DNA of 31,280 nucleotides from a virus (Duplodnaviria; Heunggongvirae; Uroviricota; Caudoviricetes): IMG/VR virus record IMGVR_UViG_3300045988_033906, positions 1 to 31,280 of that record; one strand, 5' to 3'. Shown piece by piece: positions 26,250 to 31,280 of this stretch (position 1 is its first letter; each line of letters starts with the position of its first letter). The notes under the pieces were generated by a model. It saw only the letters and a program-made list of their open reading frames with translations, ran no database searches and was not told where the DNA came from. The position numbers and the translations under genes were made by a program.

Positions 26250-26842
26250 TGATTGCCATCCTGACGTTCTTTCAGTCTCTTCCTGGCTGCTGCTATGCGA
26301 TCAGCAATTGTCACATTCACATTAACATCCAGGCGTTCTTTAAACGCGTTAACATCAACATGCTTACCAATCAGCTCAAGGTTCTTCACCTTGTCAGGCC
26401 ATTTAATTTTTTTGAGGATTGTCTCTATCGAATCCTCGTTCATGTTCATGATGGTCGATGACAGATCAAAGCCACTAAGCGTAGTGCGCCAGATTTTCGG
26501 CCACTCACGGATTGGTTTAAGGCTCCCATCGTCGTTGAGGATGTCGATCACGTCCATCTGGTCGATCTCCACCAGGCGCATGAGAACGTAATCAGCACTG
26601 ACGCGCATTCGTTTGTTGCGCTCCTCCATCAGCTCGGCAATCCGTTTTTGAATGCGTTCATCGCGCATCATGACACTGGCTTTAACTGCCGCTGTATTTG
26701 GGGAGAATCCTGCGTTAATCGCTGCCTGAGTCTGGTTTTCAGGCGTTTTGATGTATGACTGGCAATAAGCCTCCTGCATTGCTGTTAGTGGCTTAAATTG
26801 CGTTGATTTGCGTTTATAGGTTTTAGGTTCAGCAGGCATCAT
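26246..26842 (-). CDS. terminase small subunit
   Basis: ORF-track start 26920 is TTG; in-frame ATG pair at 26842/26839 has RBS AAGGTGG. N-terminal HTH-type motif (LTAMQEAYCQSYIKTPENQTQAAINAGFSPNTAAVKASVMM) typical of small terminase subunits; immediately upstream of TerL. Confidence 0.75.
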   Translation of the reverse strand: MMPAEPKTYKRKSTQFKPLTAMQEAYCQSYIKTPENQTQAAINAGFSPNTAAVKASVMMRDERIQKRIAELMEERNKRMRVSADYVLMRLVEIDQMDVIDILNDDGSLKPIREWPKIWRTTLSGFDLSSTIMNMNEDSIETILKKIKWPDKVKNLELIGKHVDVNAFKERLDVNVNVTIADRIAAARKRLKERQDGNQ

Positions 26843-26851
26843 AACCACCTT

Positions 26852-26881
26852 GGTAATAGTTACCGTTGTGGTAATAGTACC
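26852..26881. promoter_or_regulatory. tandem palindromic repeat GGTAATAGTTACC / GGTAATAGTACC in terminase upstream spacer (candidate late-promoter or regulator site)
   Basis: Two near-identical 12-13-bp palindromes separated by GTTGT, located between a minus-strand terminator hairpin and the TerS RBS. Confidence 0.3.
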
Positions 26882-26884
26882 ATG

Positions 26885-26911
26885 CAAAATAAAGCCGCCA
26901 TAGTTGGCGGC
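26885..26911 (-). terminator. rho-independent terminator separating early-region genes from terminase operon
   Basis: GCCGCCA (26894-26900) / TGGCGGC (26905-26911), loop TAGT; on the minus strand followed by TTTATTTTG. Confidence 0.5.
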
Positions 26912-26916
26912 AGTAT

Positions 26917-27129
26917 TCAAAGTCCATCAAATTCATCGTAAAAACTCTCGTCAAGATACCCTTCCCATTTACCGCGAATGAAAATTACATCCTCGCCGCA
27001 AGGGTGCTGACTGTCGATAACTATATCCCTCCTGGCGCAACCATACTTATGCATGAGAAATTTAACCTCTTTCGGAAAATTTGCTGAGTTATCTCTCATA
27101 TCTTCAAGGTCGTAGCGTATTTTTGGCAT
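26917..27129 (-). CDS. hypothetical small protein
   Basis: ORF-track start 27150 is GTG inside the palindrome; ATG 27129 has RBS GAAGGTG; 70 aa (MPKIRYDLEDMRDNSANFPKEVKF...), no homolog recognised. Confidence 0.45.
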   Translation of the reverse strand: MPKIRYDLEDMRDNSANFPKEVKFLMHKYGCARRDIVIDSQHPCGEDVIFIRGKWEGYLDESFYDEFDGL

Positions 27130-27138
27130 AACACCTTC

Positions 27139-27150
27139 GTGACATGTCAC
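27139..27150. repeat. 12-bp perfect palindrome GTGACATGTCAC, copy 3 of 3
   Basis: Overlaps the TGA stop of the 112-aa gene and precedes the RBS of the next gene. Confidence 0.5.
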
Positions 27151-27485
27151 ACTATTAATTTCGTTTCATGCCAGCCTTTGGTCACCCAGCATTGCGAGTC
27201 ACCATTACACGGGCATGAATTCACAGGAACTCTCTCGCCGCACTTACCGCAACGTTTTCTGCTGATCGATTTTATACGCCCGCGCACGCGTGCATCATCC
27301 TGGCGGATCAGTAACGCTATATACTCACCAAATTCGTAAGGCGCACGCCCGGGGCGACGTGTGGCACAGTTACGCTCCAGCATTTCAATTTCCTGAGCAT
27401 CAAGCACAATCTCCAGCTTACGTACACCGGATTCAGCTTGTCTGTCCCTCTGAGCGGCTTTGCGCTCTGCTGCTGATTTAGCCAT
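27147..27485 (-). CDS. small zinc-finger protein (possible regulator)
   Basis: ORF-track start 27488 is TTG; ATG at 27485. 112 aa; C-terminal Cys cluster CGKCGERVPVNSCPCNGDSQC; basic N-terminal half; overlaps previous gene by 8 nt. Confidence 0.5.
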   Translation of the reverse strand: MAKSAAERKAAQRDRQAESGVRKLEIVLDAQEIEMLERNCATRRPGRAPYEFGEYIALLIRQDDARVRGRIKSISRKRCGKCGERVPVNSCPCNGDSQCWVTKGWHETKLIV

Positions 27486-27760
27486 CAATATTTACCTTTA
27501 TCGCGAACACCTTTACCGGTTTATCGCCGAAGTGCGGATGTGTGATTGTCTTGATTTCATATCCGTCATACGGAACATCAATTCTACGGCTGGAATCGTC
27601 GCGCTTCGGATATCCCTTTGTGATAATCAGGCGGTCATATTCCCGGAACATAATTCGCTTATTCCAGTAGTCATTACACAAGCGATACTCTTCCGTTTTC
27701 TCTCCTCGAATCATGGCATCGAAGTATTCACCTTTAACGGCAAGTTGCAGGTTAGCCACG
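27478..27760 (-). CDS. ASCH/PUA-like small protein (DUF3850-like)
   Basis: GTG start at 27760 with perfect RBS AGGAGG 6 nt upstream (the upstream ATG at 27861 has no such RBS and overlaps another frame); 94 aa with motif KGEYFDAMIRGEKTEEYR typical of small ASCH-fold phage proteins (recalled). Confidence 0.5.
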
Positions 27761-28096
27761 GTTAACCTCCTGCTCAATATTTTTAAGGTCATTTTCCGCA
27801 TACAGTATTGCAGTCCTTGCTGCTCGCAACCGTGCTTTGGTGTTCTTTTCTTCGCGCTCAAGGTTGGCTACAGACTCGCGCAACTCATCACGGCGACGAT
27901 GGAGTTGCTCAATCTCAGTGACGATATGCTCACCATCAGTAGCTACCTGCAGGATGTGCTCGAAGGGGTCAATAACGCAGCCGCACTTTGTGCAACGAAC
28001 AACGCGATCAGTTTCACAAACCTCGATAGCCCGATGCTTACAGCTATGTTGTATGTAGTTTTTTCTGTCAGTTACATGATGTTCAGCAGTTTCTCT
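27753..28096 (-). other. open reading frame with no start codon encoding zinc-ribbon + coiled-coil protein; probable frameshifted gene or recoding site
   Basis: Stop-to-stop frame of about 114 codons (…NYIQHSCKHRAIEVCETDRVVRCTKCGCVIDPF…coiled coil…EQEVNRG) has no in-frame ATG or GTG ahead of the Cys cluster (only a late TTG); a 25-codon ORF with RBS GGAGG (28075-28149, MENESDNVISLVQPKRNEEKLLNIM) ends in a different frame just upstream. Confidence 0.3.
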
Positions 28097-28148
28097 TCAT
28101 TGCGCTTTGGCTGCACCAGAGAGATGACGTTGTCGCTTTCGTTTTCCA

Positions 28149-28892
28149 TTACTTCGCCTCCTGCGGCGGTTCTGGTAGCGGCATCCAGTGTGTGACGTTG
28201 CGGCTCTGCGTTTCGAAAAATTCATCACCATCACGGACGACATCAAAAAACTCACCGTCTCGATATTGCGCATAAAGAACGAATACACCATCACATAAAA
28301 TAATTACGTGCTGACCATCATCAGGCATTTGCTCACTACAGCTTATCCAACCACCCGGACTTACCGGAGAGTTGCCAGCCAGTCTACGCAAAACAGCCTT
28401 AACAGCCTCAATACGGTCATCATCAACTTTTTCTACAATATTGGAATTTAAATACTTCGAAGCCTTGCTATGCCAATCGCTGGTTTTAGGGTCTTGTCCA
28501 TCCATCAAACGCCAAGCTTCAGCGATTAACTCATAGCCAGTAACAGTGGCTTCCTGCGCATCACCAATCAGTTGTGTGATCTCTCTTTCAAGCATGCTTA
28601 GAGCGTTAGGCATTGGTTTTTCTTCAGGTACTACTGGCACTGGAGGGGCGGCATAAACAGGAATAACGTCCGATTGATCTTTATTGCTTTCATCCGTTAA
28701 AGCCCAGAATAATTTTCCAGCCGGATGTTTGAAAATATAAGCAACTTGTTCTGCTTCCAGCGATGCCAGCGCCAACTTGAACGCCTGAAGCTCAATGGCA
28801 CTGTTGGTATCCAGTCCAAACGGTAATTCATCACGATTGGCTTCGTATTCAGCGATAGTTTGCTTCAGCCATTCTTTGGTTAGTTCAGCCAT
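28149..28892 (-). CDS. DUF551-domain phage early protein
   Basis: ATG at 28892 with RBS AGGGA, 5 nt after upstream stop (ORF-track start 28943 would overlap the upstream gene by 47 nt). C-terminal block GGWISCSEQMPDDGQHVIILCDGVFVLYAQY...THWMPLPEPP is the DUF551 signature recalled from lambdoid prophages. Confidence 0.6.
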   Translation of the reverse strand: MAELTKEWLKQTIAEYEANRDELPFGLDTNSAIELQAFKLALASLEAEQVAYIFKHPAGKLFWALTDESNKDQSDVIPVYAAPPVPVVPEEKPMPNALSMLEREITQLIGDAQEATVTGYELIAEAWRLMDGQDPKTSDWHSKASKYLNSNIVEKVDDDRIEAVKAVLRRLAGNSPVSPGGWISCSEQMPDDGQHVIILCDGVFVLYAQYRDGEFFDVVRDGDEFFETQSRNVTHWMPLPEPPQEAK

Positions 28893-28896
28893 ATCC

Positions 28897-29388
28897 CTAA
28901 TTCCCCTTGATGCTGACTTTGACGCCAACCTTGCGAATCTCATCGGCGCATCTGTTCACGATACTCCGGTGAAACTCACAAAAAATTTTCGCCGACTGCG
29001 GCCCTAATGGGTGAACATCGTGCGCACGCGGCAGTACAACCTCCCGTGCTTCCAGTTCAGCAATGCGCTTACCCCCATCCGAGATAACACCTTCATAATA
29101 TTCACGCTGCTCGTTGAGTTTTGATTTTGCTGCCTCCAGTTCGTCCAGTAGTGCAATCACATCAGGGTCACTGTCATCAACTACTGTTACGCGTGATTTT
29201 TCATAATGCTCGTCGGCAAGTGTTCGACCAATTTTGAAATCTCCATCACCACCATAACTGGAGCAGGCATAAACGACATGTGCTCCAGATATACGCTGTA
29301 TTGACATTTCCTCGCCACAAACAGAGCATTCAGGTACTGGCTTATGTGAATAACGTTCCCGTAGCGCCTGATAATCAATCTTGCTCAC
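28897..29388 (-). CDS. phage early protein with CxxC zinc ribbon and coiled coil (Ea22-like, tentative)
   Basis: GTG start with excellent RBS AAGGAGG 7 nt upstream, overlapping upstream stop (GTGA); 163 aa; PECSVCGEEMSIQ... Cys motif. Confidence 0.5.
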   Translation of the reverse strand: MSKIDYQALRERYSHKPVPECSVCGEEMSIQRISGAHVVYACSSYGGDGDFKIGRTLADEHYEKSRVTVVDDSDPDVIALLDELEAAKSKLNEQREYYEGVISDGGKRIAELEAREVVLPRAHDVHPLGPQSAKIFCEFHRSIVNRCADEIRKVGVKVSIKGN

Positions 29389-29903
29389 TGGTTGCCTCCT
29401 TTGCGAAGCTGGGCAGCAAAGTCACGGATAGTGTCATCAAGGTCTGGGCACAACAGATGGTCAGCAAACATCTCCACCCCCTGCGCCCGTACTTCAGCCA
29501 GAAAATCATCGGTGGCAGGGGTATTTTCCATTAGTCGTTTTGACGTTGACCAAAGCGCGGAAAGCCACTCTTTATCAAACCATTTATCCTTATGGTGAAA
29601 CATTTCATCAACTGTCTGGTGGCAGCGGGATATCTCAAAAAGGCACCGCGCATTCTCCGCTGCCAGCGCCGAAAACTTCTCGTGTGCCAACTTAACAGCC
29701 GCATCAGCCTGCTTAATTGACTCAATCGCTTTCTGCTGGTCTTCGGCCAGCGCATTAGCACGCGCCAGTTGCACTTCCAGTTGCGTTGCCAAATCGCTGA
29801 TCAGCTTTGCCACACTGCGCATATCAACGGCACCACATTCTGCTTTCAGTTCCGAAGCCATCTCATGCCCGGCGGCAACTAACCCTTTGATATTACTTTC
29901 CAT
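29385..29903 (-). CDS. phage early coiled-coil protein (Ea22-like, tentative)
   Basis: 172 aa; RBS GAGGG before ATG 29903; alpha-helical Ala/Glu/Leu-rich N-terminal half. Confidence 0.5.
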   Translation of the reverse strand: MESNIKGLVAAGHEMASELKAECGAVDMRSVAKLISDLATQLEVQLARANALAEDQQKAIESIKQADAAVKLAHEKFSALAAENARCLFEISRCHQTVDEMFHHKDKWFDKEWLSALWSTSKRLMENTPATDDFLAEVRAQGVEMFADHLLCPDLDDTIRDFAAQLRKGGNQ

Positions 29904-29964
29904 CTTTACCCTCGCTTATCCACATAACTTATTGATTACATTGATAACTAAAAAGATCGTCGAT

Positions 29965-30312
29965 TCAGAACTCTTCGATGTTCCAGCCACCACCTGCTTT
30001 CTTTGGCTTAACCGTTACCCCGATGATTCGGAACGGATACTGATCTGCGGCGACTTTGGTTTTCACTCTGGCGTCATCGGTCCAGAATCCCCCTTTCACT
30101 TCGTGCAGCTCCATCTCGCCGGTGGCGAGCATCACAGCGAAATCGGGCGTATAGAACGTGTTATTAGCTAACCGCAGCTTGATACCCTCGAATCGATACC
30201 AGGCGATTTCCCCTGCACGTTTACGCTGCTCAAGGTGCTGGCAATACGCAGATTCTGTTTTGTTCATCTGGCCTGTTTTGAGTCGACCAAGAGCCTGTAT
30301 CTGTTTTCTCAT
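29965..30312 (-). CDS. hypothetical early protein, possible PD-(D/E)xK-type nuclease fold (DUF1064-like)
   Basis: 115 aa; RBS AGAGG; pattern ...YTPDFAV...ELHEVKG...KTKVAADQYP resembles small phage nuclease-fold proteins (recalled, unverified). Confidence 0.45.
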   Translation of the reverse strand: MRKQIQALGRLKTGQMNKTESAYCQHLEQRKRAGEIAWYRFEGIKLRLANNTFYTPDFAVMLATGEMELHEVKGGFWTDDARVKTKVAADQYPFRIIGVTVKPKKAGGGWNIEEF

Positions 30313-30376
30313 GATTTACCTCTTAGGTAATTAAAAACCACATAAGACACGAAATCAATAGATTTTAGAATATTTT

Positions 30377-30393
30377 ATTACCCAGCAGGTAAT
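30377..30393. promoter_or_regulatory. perfect inverted repeat ATTACC-N5-GGTAAT (copy F)
   Basis: ATTACCCAGCAGGTAAT in the spacer between the P-like gene and the next early gene; a weaker copy (TTACC-TCTTA-GGTAA, 30316-30330) overlaps the RBS of the 29965-30312 gene. Confidence 0.4.
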
Positions 30394-30429
30394 CATCGAG
30401 ACGTAAAAAAATGCGCTATCGCGCTGGTA

Positions 30430-31230
30430 TTACTTGATAAATCCTGCCGCCTTTCCCCGCCTGTATTCCTCCATCAGCCACTGCGCCGGTGTTATTCCCC
30501 CCAGGGTGGCGGCGTTAGGCATGCACCCGAAACTTCGCCCTGGCGGGTGGTAAACGTCTCTCCCTGTGTCCGGAGGCGTACTCATGGGTTCTGGCTTTGC
30601 CTGTATGCTGATCACCGGATCGGGTATCTGCTGTCCGGAAGCCACCTTTTTCGCCCAATCATCGAGCAGCCTGCGCGCGTGTTTCTCAACCTCAATCTCG
30701 CTAAGCTGGCGCTGATACATTGCACGGCGGGTATCACATACAACCCAGTACATAACCGGATGTCGCCACGGGAATCTTTCGGGACCACCAGGATATAAAC
30801 TTTTTTCCTTGCTGTACCGGTGAAACTCCGCCATCACATCGTCAATGGTGACGCCAAGAACCATCTTGCTGTCTTTGCACCACTTGATAAATTGCCCTGG
30901 AGACGGCCAGAACGGAGACTCACTGGCGCGGGCGTGGCGCATACCAGCAGAAACCTGTTCACGGGTTCGGATCCCCCCTTCGGCAAACGCAGCAATCCAC
31001 TGCTGTTTTGCAGCAACTTCCTGCTCTGGCGTCTTCAGGTTGGTTACCACTGCCGCCGGAAACAGTTGTTTCAGCTGTTTAAAAAGGGTATCAACAAGCC
31101 TCTCTGCTGACATGTTCACCACATTGTCATTGTTGACGTACTGATGCTCATAACCTGACATGCGAGAAAGGGCTTCTCCGTCACGGTTTTGTATCGCGGT
31201 AAAAACGTTGTTCACAAGAAATCCTCCCAT
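30430..31230 (-). CDS. replication protein P-like (DnaB helicase loader, lambda P family)
   Basis: 266 aa; central block QQWIAAFAEGGIRTREQVSAGMRHARASESPFWPSPGQFIKWCKD aligns with lambda P (RRQWVLAFRENGITTMEQVNAGMRVARRQNRPFLPSPGQFVAWCRE) as recalled; start may be an internal Met. Confidence 0.8.
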   Translation of the reverse strand: MGGFLVNNVFTAIQNRDGEALSRMSGYEHQYVNNDNVVNMSAERLVDTLFKQLKQLFPAAVVTNLKTPEQEVAAKQQWIAAFAEGGIRTREQVSAGMRHARASESPFWPSPGQFIKWCKDSKMVLGVTIDDVMAEFHRYSKEKSLYPGGPERFPWRHPVMYWVVCDTRRAMYQRQLSEIEVEKHARRLLDDWAKKVASGQQIPDPVISIQAKPEPMSTPPDTGRDVYHPPGRSFGCMPNAATLGGITPAQWLMEEYRRGKAAGFIK

Positions 31231-31280
31231 GCTTCAGGGCTGTTCCAGTGCGGAACGTTGTTATCAGGTAATGTTGATTG
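31212..31280 (-). CDS. 3' end of upstream early gene (likely replication initiator), truncated by window edge
   Basis: Open frame running in from the right edge (...NNVPHWNSPEAWEDFL) ending TGA at 31212-31214 and overlapping the P-like start, as for an O/P-type gene pair; identity not determinable from 23 codons. Confidence 0.35.
   Translation of the reverse strand, partial: QSTLPDNNVPHWNSPEAWEDFL

Noticed and set aside
28075-28150. Programmed -1 ribosomal frameshift joining the 25-codon ORF to the zinc-ribbon frame
   Set aside because: No X-XXY-YYZ slippery heptamer or obvious downstream pseudoknot in the overlap; listed as a possibility only, with pseudogene or sequencing indel more likely.
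27713-28195. + strand 160-aa ORF across the zinc-ribbon region
   Set aside because: Antisense to a frame with clear protein-like features (Cys cluster, coiled coil) and to the DUF551 gene end; hydrophobic or low-complexity product, no RBS.
30400-30430. Short GCGC...GCGC hairpin plus T7 run after the P-like gene as a terminator
   Set aside because: Stem is only about 4 bp; too weak to call.
1-31280. CRISPR arrays, IS elements/transposases, integrase, repressor/Cro, toxin-antitoxin pairs
   Set aside because: Looked for direct-repeat arrays, terminal inverted repeats with transposase-like ORFs, tyrosine/serine recombinase-sized ORFs and paired small ORFs; none found in this window. The immunity and integration modules are presumably beyond the right edge.

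Overview
This 31.3-kb window is almost entirely a prophage segment from an enterobacterial-type genome (E. coli/Salmonella-like signals: co-oriented GCTGGTGG Chi sites, a near-consensus LexA box, AGGAGG-type RBSs). One long minus-strand transcription unit runs right to left: lambda P-like replication protein (30430-31230), a run of small early/nin-like genes (Ea22-like, DUF551, ASCH-like, zinc-finger proteins), terminase small and large subunits, portal, scaffold, major capsid and decoration proteins, T7-like tail tubular proteins A/B, five internal virion (ejection) proteins, a 703-aa tailspike, and a holin / GH19 endolysin / Rz-Rz1 lysis cassette (1813-3610). It is therefore a mosaic temperate podovirus: lambdoid early functions joined to a T7/epsilon15-style virion module. 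Three moron-like units sit on the opposite (+) strand: a very AT-rich acyltransferase-3 (O-antigen acetyltransferase-like) gene beside the tailspike, an 85-aa gene behind a near-consensus LexA box, and a tRNA-Arg(UCU) plus a Gp49/Sf6-gp66-like gene between terminase and portal. The left end (18-1593) carries a glycine-zipper lipoprotein and a secreted coiled-coil protein that converge on the lysis cassette; cargo versus host flank cannot be decided here. No integrase, repressor, CRISPR array or transposase is visible, and the prophage ends are not recognisable in this window. Best follow-up targets: the SOS-box-controlled small gene embedded antisense in the late operon (candidate antirepressor/induction switch), two families of recurrent perfect palindromes in intergenic spacers, the tRNA/structured-RNA insert, and a zinc-ribbon reading frame that lacks a start codon. 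All calls rest on reading the sequence and the ORF track by eye plus recalled family knowledge; no database search was run.
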